Below, one piece after another: positions 14,001-26,986 of a stretch of 64,000 bases of DNA. The stretch comes from Gordius albopunctatus (lineage: Eukaryota): positions 434,001-498,000 of the forward strand of contig OZ193910.1 of NCBI GenBank assembly GCA_964276515.1, given 5' to 3'. The notes beneath the pieces were generated by a model. The model did no database searches. It was given only the letters and a program-made list of their open reading frames with translations, and was not told the DNA's origin. Every line of letters starts with the position of its first letter. The stretch's first letter is position 1. The position numbers and the translations under genes were made by a program.

Positions 14001-15627
14001 GGCGGATTCAGGCTGTTATAAATGCCACACGATTTGGAATATTGACCAGTCCAACTGGTGTTGTAGCTCCAGCCCAAGGCCAATGTCTAAATTGGCTAGA
14101 AATTAAAAATAAGAGAGACCAGGCGGCTACAGGAATAAGGTTATTTCAAAAGATAAATTTTTAAAATATTCATATGAATTGAATTCAATTTTCTTATTTG
14201 GAGCCTTTTTGAAGTAATTTCTATATTATAATTGAATTATTTTTGTAAAAATATATTAGAATTATTTGTAAGATTTGGCAATATGGAATACAAAATGTTT
14301 TAATCAGCATAAATTTTTTTTGCTTTATCAAAAATTAAAAATGAATAAAATAAATTTTATGGTAGATTTTGTGGAATAACACCGAGATCAGTAAGAGTTA
14401 ATAGCGAAAGAGATAGGATGGCAATTCTATTTGACGCCGATATTGATTCCACAAATACAGCAACTTTTCAACCACTTACAAACACTTTATTTGGCTTTCA
14501 AGTTTCTTTAAGTATAGGTAAATTCAATTTAGCGTATATTCCTTTTTATATAGATACAATCGAAGCTATTGTTGATATTTTTGTTGCTTTAATATAATCA
14601 AGCCATTTATAGGGAAATGTTAATCGTGTTCACTAGAGTTATTTTTATTATTTTTTTATTTTAATTCCACTATGGTAGTATTACGTTGTTTAATAATTTA
14701 TTTTCTTCTCCTTTAATGTTGCTTACAGTTCCGAATTCCTGCAATGAAAATGATCGTAGACGGGGCATGTTTAGTCCTTGGACGGGATGGACACCTTGTA
14801 ATCAGCCTTGTGGAGGTTGTGGAGTACAATCTAGAACTAGAAGATGCCTGCTAAATTGCGCACGCGATAAGTTAGTATTTAGTTATCAATATTTAATTTG
14901 ATATTTTGAAGAAGATAAACCCCATTTAGGAGTGCAGCAGTTAGCTTAAAAGTATACTCTAATTAGCGCAATCTATAGGCAATATTAATTAGAGACTAAT
15001 TTGACTATACATATCCCTATCTTTTTTAACATGTGGCTCGAAAATGATAACAGACATTAATCACATTTTCGCTCCTATTAGAGCTCATCAGTATGCCATA
15101 GTTAATTTTATAATCGCACTCTGAGCGAAATAAGTATTCATAATGCCAAATAAAATTCAACCCATTTTTATGGTGGTTATTGAATAATCCTCATAATTAT
15201 GGTAAATAATAATTATTTTGTTATATTATATTTGAAATTAATAAATAAATAATTCTAAATATAATTTAACTGGATGTTTATTTATTTAAACAGTCAATAC
15301 AGGAGTAATTGTCCATGCAGACCCGTGCAAAATCAATTTCGACAATGTAACCCCTACCTATGTGACACCACAGGAACTGTGGAGTATGATTGTTTAGAAG
15401 GCCAAGTTGGGTAATATGAAAGAGTTATTCTAATGAGATCATTGAAAATATATAAACAAAAATTTGTTTTGTATTTAATAATTTTATAACATCGAATTTA
15501 TAGGATAGGGCTAGGGCCTCAAATCAGAAGGTGTTTTACAACTCAAGCTTGTTGTCCGAATTATTTACCCTTCAATTCGGTTTGTATGCCAAGAAATTTG
15601 TTTTTTTCTTCTTTATTGCCTCAATAA
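8001..15627 (+). CDS. Astacin (M12A)-fold protein with EGF, CUB and TSP1 domains (nematode NAS/DPY-31-like architecture); predicted catalytically inactive; 5' exons not resolved
   Basis: In-phase exons at about 8001-8115 (LLECDI...KWTNFPILYSY), 8209-8338 (FWTTNTCLRF), 8596-8668 (CTTGLGRQGGRQIISI), 8790-8888 (QLIGRALGVIYEVQRRDRD), 8974-9070 (Met-turn YEYGSLMSY), 10014-10153 (YQDTMG...PSFYDISAVNQFYC), 10271-10396 (EGF: CQNRGYPRPTDCNTCNCPTGYSGRKC), 13754-13879, 13976-14139 and 14366-14517 (CUB), 14730-14869 (TSP1: WTGWTPCNQPCGGCGVQSRTRRC), 15294-15410 and 15504-15627 (stop TAA). AATAAA near 15828. Confidence 0.88.
9277..9895 (-). mobile_element. 5'-truncated, decayed RTE-clade non-LTR retrotransposon 3' end, interrupted by a GC-ended MITE (~9662-9800), in an astacin intron
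   Basis: Translations ENRLRWYAYILRR and KGRGRPRVTW match the C-terminus of the RTE ORF at 58556-60226; a short gaagaag tail lies near 9280. Confidence 0.85.
10437..13390 (-). mobile_element. Mutator/MULE DNA transposon with a decayed transposase and long tandem-repeat (foldback-type) ends, inserted in the astacin EGF-CUB intron
   Basis: Minus-strand peptides: LHADATYKIMWQGFPLLVVGLSD, VLVTDAVSAIHNAFKAVF, STHNCLESTNRTIK and KRRRGRPSKAKKAL, with an in-frame stop and frameshifts. Arrays of tgctaagta (10440-10760) and its reverse complement tacttagca (13105-13378) flank it. Confidence 0.88.
15026..15105 (-). ncRNA. Candidate, possibly degenerate, type I hammerhead ribozyme in an astacin intron
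   Basis: Minus strand reads ttaactatggcata-CTGATGA-gctc-taatag-gagc-GAAA-atgtgattaatgtctgttatcatt-t-tcgagccacatgttaa. The core and stem II are intact and stem III is plausible. Stem I pairs distally but is mismatched next to the core. Confidence 0.5.
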
Positions 15628-17682
15628 TCACACATTAATTTTGAACACTCCTGAAAATTGCAGCTATTTTTGAATCGTCGTATTACATATAATGATATAG
15701 ATATTTTTACAGGAATATAGAACTAATATTTGTAATATTATTATTATTTTTGATTCATGAATTATTATAGATTGATAATCTCAACTATTATTTGTGATGC
15801 TTAATAATTCTATTTTACGGTAAGTCTAATAAAAATGTTATAAAATTGCTAGCTGATTTTAGTCTTGTGTTATAATACTTGCTTTAGAAAATGACAAAAA
15901 TATTTAGGTGTCAAATTTGGATTTTTTTTATTCTGGAAAATTTGAATATTTTATATATATAAAAACCAATGTTTAATATCAAAACTACAGATTTTTAAAA
16001 ACATTAGCTCCTTCTACGATTGATAATTTTTCCTTAAATTTAAACTTAAAATGATTGATTTTTTCATATGTTATTATGACGGCTCAACTAGAAAACTTAA
16101 TGAAGTGACGATTTTTCTGATGCTAATTTTTATTATACCTATAAAAAGAAAACTATACTTTCATAGTTTTCCTATTTATCAGGACATTTAAGGTCTAAAT
16201 TTGATGGCTCACAAAATCTAAGTTTTTTATATCTAAGCATTCTAGATAATGAATAATTATTAAATATTCAAGTGAAATTTTTTTAAATTGATTTAAATCG
16301 ATTTAAGTAGAATAAAATTTTATTTATATTAGAAGTTTGAGGCTAAGTAATAAAAATGTATATGGCATTGAATCAAATTGTCATACAGGTCCTAGCTCGA
16401 AAAATTATAATTAAATTTACGTTAAGTTTTAATTAATGTGACTTTTATTTCTTAAACATTTATTTTCTCAGAAAGCTTGAATAAGTAAATAGGAGCTTAC
16501 TAATTGATTAGGAAATCGTTAAATTGGTTTATTATGATATAGTTGCAACCAATTGTTTCCAACAAAATTATTAAATGGCTCCTTATAAAATAAAATTATA
16601 AAAAGGTATTTAAATAAAAGGATAACCAGTTTTATTTATATTTAAAATGCTAAATAAAATTAACATAAAAATATATTATAGAGCTGGTTCCCTAGATAAT
16701 CTATATATAATTTAAGCATCGTAGTAAATTTCTCTGATTATACTGCAGTGACACCAGCAGATTTCTTTTCCTAGAAGATCGCACGCTATGACGTCGATTG
16801 ACAGATATTCCTTTGAACTTATCGATTTATTATGATCTTCTCAGAAGATCATAGAGATATTTAAGTCTTCCCAGAATAATAATCATCCTTTATGGAAGCG
16901 CATCGATTAATTAAATCTTCCAAGAATATTATCGATTTTTCCAATAATAATGATTATGTATTTTATTTGATATATAAACGCAATACGCAGTTGTATAATT
17001 AATTCCTATAAATTTGTGTTCATTTATACAAAATAAAACTCGGCGTATAAAAAGTAATAACGTACCAAGTTATTATAATACATAGAGTTTATTTTTTTTA
17101 ATTTATTTTTTGTATTATACATCAATATTACTATATATTTAACTAAATTTGTACTTACACTAAGTTATCATAAGAGCAAACTATATTTATACTAATGCTA
17201 CATATCAGTTTTAGCGGTATTAGTCGTATTTGCTCAACTGGTCTAAAGCTCACGTAATCTAAAATTTTCAAAGAATGCTTATAACTAATTAATTTTATAT
17301 TTAATCATGTTAGAAACGCTTTAAAAGCTTGCAAAAACATATATTAAGGATATAATATATAAATATTAACATTTTTATTGCTGCATATATATTTTATTTT
17401 ATATTAAGCATATAATATTTGAAGTTCAAGGTTTTTATTGCTGCTTATATATTTTCTTCCATAGGTTAGATTAAATGCTTTATAAAAAGTTAATATGCAT
17501 TTACAATACTTTATATTGTTATATATAATAGATATACTTATATAATAATGTTTAAATTACAATTTTTGTGCAGTAGATGAATTGTGCGTTAGATGAGTTG
17601 ATTATAAATCGTATTAGTTATTAAATTTGTCATCTATCCAAACTGCCACTAATCATCTGATAATTCAATTTTTTCGCCAATT

Positions 17683-18510
17683 ATGGCTAGGGCTAATAAA
17701 TCTTTAAAGAAAAATGAGAAAGAGGAATCAAATCTATTTGATGTTACTAATAATTTTGAGATGAAATTTCAAAAAAGAAGAACGCAGCAGAAAAAATTTG
17801 ATTCGAAAATATTTAGCTTTATTTCTGAAAAAGGTAAATAAAAAACTAGTTTGCCTCATTTTCATTTAGGACAATTGCCATCTATTGATAACCCAAAGTA
17901 AGCATATACTCATCATAGATAATATATATTATATAGCTCAACAATTGCCGAATTGCAAAGATTAAATGCTGATGTTGTCTTAAACCCACGATTTAAAAAA
18001 TTAAATTACTTGGATACTATGAATAATCCAAAGATTTTGTCTAAGATAACTTCTTTTTTTGGTATAAGATATTTCTGCTTTAATATAATGTTGCTTTATA
18101 TTAGATGGAAAAAATGGGGATGTTATAAGTCAATCAATAATGGAATGTTCCACACTACCTGATACTAATCAAGGTTCAATAATATTTCCTCAATTGATAT
18201 AAATATACTAATCATTGATGGTAAAATAAATGCTTAATATTATAGTTGGAAAAACACAAACACAATCCTCAGATAATTGCTTGCCCCAAAAAACATATGT
18301 AAATACCTATATCATAAATTTTATATAGCTTTCATAATATGTTACATAAATTCAAGAATTTGAGAAAATCAATGACAACTAGCAATAAGAAAAACAAACT
18401 CCCTCAGGATTGTAAAAATGGTGTTGAGACTATTATTCATAATGAGGGAAGTCCGATCCTAGACAGAATAAGTCTTCAGATTCATAAGGATAAATCAACT
18501 TCTAAAGGGT
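17683..18510 (+). CDS. Putative multi-exon gene or pseudogene of unknown function with very short introns
   Basis: Exons join in phase across introns 17834-17869, 17898-17936 and 18062-18104 (MARANKSLKKNEKEESNLF...GQLPSIDNPNSTIAELQRLNADVVLNPRFKKLNYLD...). A second in-phase pair spans intron 18299-18328. The phase is not resolved around 18175-18245. Confidence 0.45.
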
Positions 18511-18924
18511 AATTTATTGAAATAGTTTTATTTAACAATATTATCAACTAATAAAATTTATGTTTTTTATATTATTTGAATTCCATATTAATGCATTTAC
18601 AAAATATTTTGTGAACTTTAATCAAAACATAGTATAATATCAAAACTATTGATAGTTAAATAAACTCAGGTCTTATTAAATATAGAATGTCTATACAATA
18701 TTAATATCTATTTAGGTTATGATAAAGGATATTTTGGCAACATTAAAAATTTTTTCTATTTTTTATGCTATTTGATTTATTTATAATATTGCAGGAAATA
18801 AGAGTTTCTATCTATCTTCATCAAAATCATATGATACAAATTTTATCTTTTTGAGCTTTATAATAATATGCTATAAAAATGACATGATCCTACATAAATT
18901 TGTATTTTTGGACATTATCATCAA

Positions 18925-20528
18925 CACTCCGTAGGTTGGGTCAAAAAGGCTAATCCGGATGGTAATTGGGGTTATAATTACCCCAAACTTTAAATAGCTA
19001 TAACTTCCATATTTTATAATATGAAATTGTCAAAATTTGCAAGAATAATATTTCAACTCTTATACGTTCATTAATATATTAATTTGGCTATTTGATCAAG
19101 TCGTTAAAATTTTATATCTATATTTAGAACAACCCCCAGAATTTTTCCCCTAATGACTATTTTGCCTCATACCCCAAAAAATATATTATTTTTTATGGTT
19201 TAATTAATCAGATCTTATAAAAGAAGGTTGAAATTATAAATGTGGAAAATTTGCTAATAATCAACCCAAAAACGAAAAATAGAGATGTTCAAACTTAGTC
19301 AATTTTTGGCCTTTAATTTTTTATAGCAAAAAGAGTTCTGTTGGTCTCAACTTATATTCTTATAAATTGAAATGTTATTTTATAAAATTTTTTATACAGA
19401 TTTATAATAAAAGATCAAAATTAAGAATATGAAAAAAAATGTAAAGAAAAAATGTTATATAAGAAATTTTATGAGGCTATAAAAGTAGTTACATACACAT
19501 TTTATTTTATACATATATTTTTAGTCACAAATTCCAATTATTTTAGATAAAATGCTTAAATCTGGTCACTTTGTCTCAAGTGATGTAACCTAAAAGGTAC
19601 AGAATACTAATTATATTTATTCATTTGAAAATTTACAAAATATATAAACAAATGTGACATTGTTGCTCTAAAAATATTTAAGCCATCTCTCCTCGATAAG
19701 TCATTGAGGTTTTGATGATTGAATTTATACAAATAAAAATCAATTATATGGTCTAAATTTATTGTACATATATAAAAAATACAATATGCCTATAATAGCA
19801 TTGAGTTATTTGAGAGTAATTTTATCTTGTGTTCTTTGGTTGCTAAATTTCACTATACTCAACTCTTTCATATGTAATAAGTAATTTAAAACTATTTTTG
19901 TTAGGCATATCAATTAACTCTTCTTCATCTCCTCTTAACTCCCTCTCAGATTCATGACTACTCATGTAGGTAGATGTAATCATCAGAATCATCAATAACT
20001 ACTTGATCAAATGTTATTATAACTGTTATGTGTATATATACCATCTTAATCTTCAGACATAGAACTATCAAAAATGTTGCATTTTTCAAGATTACACATA
20101 TAAAAAAATGAAAAAATGTGGGAAAAACTACACAAATAAGCACTTTAAATTATCACGAGGAAAAGTTAACACGTGAAAATTAGAGTTTAAAATTTGAATA
20201 TCTTCAATAAAAAGAAATGTATACAAAAAATTGCATCACAAATAAATTTACGATAATGGGTTTTAATAATATATTTCAAAAAAAATAATGTTGGAAAAAT
20301 CTTTTTTGTTCATATTATGGAAGGTGGGGGGTCGTGGAAGACCCTGAGTACGTAAAACCTTCTTTATCTTAAAAACTATTGGATAAAAACTAGCCAAATT
20401 TTGGGGAGATATTCTAGGGTAAATTTTGTTAAGCTACTGAAAAAATGAAATTGTAATATTCACTAATTTTTTGTACAGCTTTTTTAAACGGCTTGGGGTC
20501 ATTATGACCCCACCCGACCTACGGAGTG
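18925..20528. mobile_element. Non-autonomous piggyBac-type element
   Basis: TIRs CACTCCGTAGGT(t/c)GGGT at 18925 and ACCCGACCTACGGAGTG ending at 20528. Flanks are TCAA (left, degenerate) and TTAA (right). Subterminal ggggt...acccc palindromes are present. No intact transposase. Confidence 0.8.
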
Positions 20529-21728
20529 TTAAATAGCTTTAAAAGTTGATGTCCCCCCTTACAAGGGGTGGATGCCCCCCCCTATGGCTCAGTGAGATTT
20601 TAATAGCAATTGCTTCTGCTCGGGCAATCTGCTCAATGCTCTAACAGATTTCCCTTCTTGGACTCAGCAGCATTTTTATATGCTACTGCTGTTGTGTCTA
20701 GCGCACCGGGTAGCGAGCAGCACAGATGTGGTGTGAGTGTGCGTGCTGGAGAAAAGGACATAGTCGTCACCCGAGCACACTCTGCTCTGCACTGCAAGAG
20801 TGAGTGGGTGGGTGAGTGAGTGAGTGAAAGACAGGAGGAGGCATCTAGATTGTCGTCCTTGATTGAATCAGATGAGATTGGATCGGAATAACAACAACAT
20901 GCGATTGGTTCTTGCACTTGTACAACTTGATTGAGTCACCAAGCGATTCATTTATATTAATAAGCAGCAATGGAAAAAGGCGAACAATACTTTAATCTTA
21001 TTCATACTGACCACAACAAAATTTAAAAAATACCTAAAAAGTGAATTATTTGGGAAACTGTTAGTGTTGTAAAAACCGCTGGGGTTGTTTGCTCGACCTT
21101 ACGTGTTAAAATGAATGGCTGGGATAAGGACTGGCCTGGACTTTCAAGATTATAAAAATGTATCTTTTTGTGCCTTATTATACCTTATATATTTGACAAC
21201 ATCCCGTTTTAATTTGTAAATAGTAATGAGGATAAAACATTACAAATCAAAAAAGGTGAACATAAATTAATACCTAAAAAATGAAAAAGTGTGAATTTAT
21301 CAATGAATTTTGGAAAAATTTATCGGGAGTCATGTTTTAGCGCCATAAACATATTTTTGTAAATCTCTTCTAAACCACAAGTCCTTGTTTCAGGGTGATG
21401 CAAAGTAAATGATTTTCACATTTCAACCGCAACCTCACCCTAATTTTCTAGTTTTGGGGGATCATTGCAAGCCTGTCTACCCAGCCAGTCGTAGCTAATT
21501 AATAGATGGTGCTTATATCTAAGAGGGTAGATTTTGTTGGAATTTCAATAAATAGTAGTGTAAAAACGGGACTGGGTTTTGGTGCCTGTTATTCTTAGTG
21601 CATCTCTAGGCTTAGTCGAAATTTTAAAGGCCAGCCGGCTTAACTACGCTATAGTTGTGTCTGTTTTCCGTGTTGTTTTTAGAAGCAGCCCTCCCAAAAG
21701 TCCTGCTGAACGATACGTTGATTCTTGC

Positions 21729-22863
21729 ATGCGAGAACTGAGCCATGCGAAAGTTAGTGAATGGCTTAAGAACACTTCGAACCAACACCTACCCCCTGCT
21801 ACCCACCTCTCGGCAGAGTCATTTCAAAATGGCGTCAACAGGATGGAAGGTAATATGTCTTAGCTTTCGTAAGTTCAATAAATCTTTTTTATTTACACAT
21901 TGCAATTTTAAGATCAAAATTTAGTTTTGAATCTTTCTTCGACCTTCGATTAAAGATTCTTAAATAACAGGTGTTTTAACAAGAAGAAGAATCGACCGAC
22001 GAATTGCTTGCAAAATTTTGTAGAGATTTACGCGGTGAACACTTAAACATTATTAATTTTTTCCCCATTAACGTCAACATTTTTAAATGTTTGCTGTCAA
22101 AGTTGTTAAAAACAGCGATTTTGGCTTTTTTAAAACGTCAATAACTTGCAAATTAATCGGTAAACTTTTAGCAGTTTAATAAATTTGATTTACTAATAAA
22201 GGGTATTATTATATGAGAAGGAGCCAATTTTATTATAAAAAAATATGAAGAGTTTATCTTTTTATTTACATCTTAGCTGTGGTGCACGAAATACCTGATC
22301 GGAGGAGCCAGTTAAAAGGACGTAAACAAACCAAAACTAGGAAGCCTGGCCAGAAAATTTCCTTGTAACCTTTAATTTGTTTGAATTTACAATCATTTAT
22401 TTCCTAAAATTTTTGTGTTTTTTAACATTAATTTACTCAAAATTTTGAAGGTTGCATGAAGATTTTGAGGAGCGATTACATAGCATTCAACCGAATTTGC
22501 CTGTATACGAAAAAGAGAGCATAGAAGCATTGTACGTCCTATTTTATTTTTATATGTTTTCTCCGTATTTCAACTTAATTTTAACCATATTTTTTGCAAG
22601 ATTTTTTATCAAATCCAACGTATATGCTTTTGGGGTAGGTATTAGACTACCAAAATATTATCATGATGGTTGAAAACGCTTTTTTATACTTTTTTTAGTC
22701 ATTAAAAACGAAAAAATGATAGCAAACATTAAGTTTATTGGCGAAGTGTGTAGAAAATTGCTTTGCCGTTAGAGTAGTAATAATTATGTGAAGTTTTTGC
22801 TCTTTAAACTTCTAGGACCCGTCGAATGCTGAGAGCCTCGGTAAAAAAACTAAAGACGATTAA
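21729..22863 (+). CDS. Putative small multi-exon gene of unknown function
   Basis: Exons near 21729-21849, 21983-22034, 22277-22364, 22451-22531, 22601-22634 and 22816-22863 can be spliced GT-AG in phase (MRELSHAKVSEWLKN...EEESTDELLAKFCRDLRAVVHEIPDRRSQLKGRK...LLHEDFEERLHSIQPNLPVYEKESIEAL...). Start and end are uncertain. Confidence 0.5.
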
Positions 22864-24144
22864 CAAGCAATACGGCTTTAAATCGAACATAGACGTTAGT
22901 GACATGGAAGTCCTCATGGAACCAATGTAAGTTTTATCACTTTATACACGTGTAAAATAATATTTCGCAATTTATGTACCGTATGGATTTTGTGTTATTC
23001 AGTCTTAAAAACGCCAGGGTTTAGTTTGTTTGGTAGAACTTGGGGCCTAGCCCACTTAGCATAAACAGAGCAAAGGTTTTGGGTTTCTGAAAAAGACCTA
23101 AAAACCTCAACTCTGTTTTTGTTTAGTCAACTAAAAAAATCATCGATTTTGTAACAATCTCTTTAATGATAAACCATTAGATGTTCCTCCGACCCATACG
23201 ACCCAGAATTTGTATCTTTGGCTCACAAGTATTTAGAACCTCAAGAAGCCAAAGATATGATCAACTTTTTGAAAAAATATTGATTGCCTCCAATAATGTA
23301 ATTTGTTTGCGAACAATGTATTACCTTCGGTTCATTTTTAGCCACATTTTTCCTGACGGATAAATTATATTGCCTCATATAAATTCTCACTCTTTTTTTA
23401 CTATATTCAATATAGAGCATTGATCTATGTAATTTTTTTGAAATCACGATGTGTAGGATGCATGAAAATAAAGGGAGTAATCTTCCATCTTCTCCATCTT
23501 CGTCTTTCGTGAATGCATGGAGGCTAGTGTTGTAAAAACGCCTGGATTTTGTTTCTTTCGTTTTAGTCGCCTAAACATAAACAGAATCTTTGATCTGCTT
23601 GTAAGTCTGGCTCTCTAAATTTAGATTTTCAGGCTGGCCTGGGCGGGTACCATAAGATTCTGGTGTAATGAGGTTTTTATAAATAATGTGTCATTTTGTT
23701 TCCTTGTATGATTTTGTAATTTTTACATTTTTATTAAGAGTAGGTCTTATCTAAATAACCGAGATCTTGAAATTACTGCTAAAAGTGTAAAAAAGCTTCA
23801 TGGGTGTGGTCAGGTAAATATATAGAAAGTGATCCGACTTGCAATTTAGTGGTAATATTGGACAATACCGGTTTTGGGAAGAATTTTTTTACAAACTCTC
23901 CTCTAATATTGTAAAATCCTAATATATCGATAAATAAATTTGTCGTCGTTAATATCGTTTGGAGGTCAGGAGTCTACGAATGATTTATAATTATATTTGC
24001 CAATTGACAGTGATTATTTGTTAAGTTTTGTTGGTGAACTTTAACCTTTTAGGATTTTGTAAAAAAAGCTTCTTCAAATGATTTAAAACAATTTTTCATG
24101 GTTTTACCTATTTATGTTATTAATTTCTATGATTTTATATTTTA

Positions 24145-26986
24145 CTAGCTGTGCCCGGCCAAGCGTTGCTTTGGCTCAGTCCTTAAGTGGTTAAATAAGT
24201 ATAATCTATTAATAAGACTACTTATCTAAAATGAGGTGGGCATATATGAAATAATTTATAATGTGAAAGGTCGGAATGCTAATGCAAATAAATATCCATA
24301 ATATTCATTTAAGAGCGATATAAAATATTTATAAATGCTTATAAGAGTAGATAAGCATTAAAATATAAAAAACTTATAATCATGTATGGGTAATAAAGAG
24401 CTGCATGAAGATTTTGGCTGAAAGTATAATGTAAAAAATGATGTAAATAGTAAAATAAAACCTGCAAGGGAAAGTTGATGGATAAAGGGTAAATCAATGA
24501 TAGGTCTTATGAAGAATAAGGTAATACACGTACAGTATTATAGCTTCTTGTGAATGTCTCGTCAAATTTGGTTATAATACTCTGGCGTAATAAAAAGGGG
24601 AGAAATGCTAAAAAGAAATATAAAATCAATGGGCTTTGATTGTAATTGCTAAAAGTTATAAGTGGATAAATAGAAATGACACTAACTTTATAAAAGTAGT
24701 GAGGCGTTATAAAGAGGGTTGTAGGTTCGGGTAAGAGATGCTTCGCAGCTTAACTTCTGCCTTAGAAAGGAACAAATTGCTATAATGCTTGGGGATAGAC
24801 AATATTTTTGGTCATGTTATTTTCTGTGTATATTAGAGGTGTGCACGGATCAAATTTTTTTGATCCGATCCGAGGGGTTTTTGAAAAATTTCATATCCAT
24901 CCGATCCGACATTTTTTAATTAAAATTTTACGAACATAACTTTTTATTGATGATTAAATTCAAAATACATAAAAATAAGGTAATGCAATTTTAATAGACC
25001 TGAAATAAATATAAAATTTTATTTGACTAATTCTATATTATCATATAAAAATAATAAAGAATCTAAATTTTCTGGTTTAATTCGCGTTAGAGGTGATCCG
25101 ATCCGAGGTGTTTTTGAAAAATTTCATATCCATCCGATCCGATACGAGTTTTTTAAAATCTCAATCCGATCCGATCCGAGTTTTGCAGGATCGGATTGAT
25201 CCGTGCACATCTCTAGTGTATATATAGAGATTTAGTGGATTGCCGACGCGCGAACATGCAACATATAATTGTCCATGTGAGAAGCAATCTTTCTAAATCG
25301 ATTCCACAAATTTGAGCTTTGTTAATGGTTATAGCAAATGCGAGTTTGAAAGTAAATTGCAATCTTTTAAATTCAAAGGATATATCTGTTGGAATTAAAG
25401 GGATCCGTGGTATGAAGACATCTTCTCCCGTGAAAGGTCCAGTCAAAATCGTGGCCTCAACAACGTTGCACATTTTGCGTTTAATAGCAAGACGTGTGGC
25501 ATTGCAAAGTTTTGGCTGATTAATATTGCGCAACATGATAATCGGTACCCCAATTTTCAAATGCAAAACGTGTGGTGGTATGCCTGGAAGATCTAGCGAA
25601 TTTAAAAATTCGATAGGATAATTAACAGCGTCATCAGCACTAACAACAGTGTCAACCGACTTGTAGGTGACAGGACTGCTGTGAATGGTAGACAGAATGA
25701 GATTGTTAAGTTCGTGGACGTTTTTATTCTTTGGGGCGAGAATTGCCCGTTGACGGAGCCAAATTAGATCTAGATAATGGGTGTTAATATTTGGAAAAAC
25801 GTTTTCCACCAAAGCTGTTTTGTAAGGCACAAAATGGCATAAGTTGGTAGGAAATGAAATCCGTCCTGAGTTTATATCAACGGGCACGGTTCCGTTTCCA
25901 ATTTCTAGCAATTGATGGGACAATAACTCACATGCTTGTTCATTTTGTAACACTACACGCATATTAGTGGTTAAATGTAAGGTTTTGACGTAAGGCCACA
26001 AAATAGAATATTTAAGGCAAGCATTGATCTCGTCAGCAGGGGTTAATCGAGGAAGCACTGGTAAAGGCCTAAAATCTCCTGCAAGCAATAAAAATGCGCC
26101 ACCAAAAGGTCTGGAATCGCGCCGCAAATCTTGCAAAGAACGATCTAGAGCTTCGAAAGATTTTTTATGGGCCATTGTGCATTCATCCCACACGATAAGT
26201 TTGCACCTTTCCAAATACTTTACCCATTCCAGATGCTCGTGAAACGTTGCACATGGGAGTTTCACTATAATGAATGTTTAAAGGCAATTTTAAAGCAGAA
26301 TGTGCAGTTTTACCACCAGGCAACAATGTCGCAGCTATTCCGGAAGATGCAAGAGCCACGGCTATTTCATTTTGGGATATTAAAAAGATATAAATATGAA
26401 ATTAGCATTTAAGATGGCATTGCATTGCCATGAAAATTTAAATATATTAAATATATGGATTTTAAATATGATGAACTTACCTTATCCTGTCACAGATCAC
26501 AAACGTGTGAATGTGCAAATGTTACTTTAATTGTATTAAATATATGGATTCCTGACACAGATCATAAACGTGGGAATGTGCAAATATTACTTCGAACTTC
26601 GTAAAAATGGGAAAAAATCACGAAACGTGGGAATGTTTATAAAAGCGCGCGTTATATTTATTTAAGTATATAGTGATGTATTACGGTATCTAGAATATTT
26701 ATTGGTTACAGATTTATATATTGTAAAGAAAACGGGCGTAGTTGAGTAAAAAATTGAGACACAAATGACAAAGCAATCGTGGAAAAAAGTTTAAGGCAAA
26801 AAGTAGCACCATAACAATAAATAGTACAAACAACGCAGTATAAATAATCCGCGCTAGATCGCCAACCAAATTAAAAAACCTACAATGCTAAGGCAATAAT
26901 CTGGACAAATTTGGTGGCAATCGGTTGAGAACTTCAAAAGTTATTAGCGCACAAAAAAACGGTACTTAGATTTATATATATATAGA
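24145..26986 (-). mobile_element. Helitron, internally deleted (no Rep domain), retaining a PIF1-type helicase segment
   Basis: Minus-strand 5' end TCTATATATAT at 26986, preceded by A. The 3' end has a GC hairpin (gccaaagcaacgcttggc) then cgggcacagCTAG at 24145, followed by T, with no TSD. The ORF at 25213-26265 has WDECTM, LLAGDF, LTTNMRV and AFAITINKAQ motifs. Confidence 0.93.
24834..25215. mobile_element. hAT-type MITE nested in the Helitron helicase 3' end
   Basis: 18-bp TIRs TAGAGGTGTGCACGGATC / GATCCGTGCACATCTCTA; perfect 8-bp TSD GTGTATAT (24826-24833 and 25216-25223); subterminal gatcc/atccg repeats. Confidence 0.92.

Noticed and set aside
16760..17470. Degenerate short repeats (cttcc.agaa.at; ttttattgctgc.tatatattt)
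   Set aside because: Low copy, AT-rich and decayed; no termini or coding signal.
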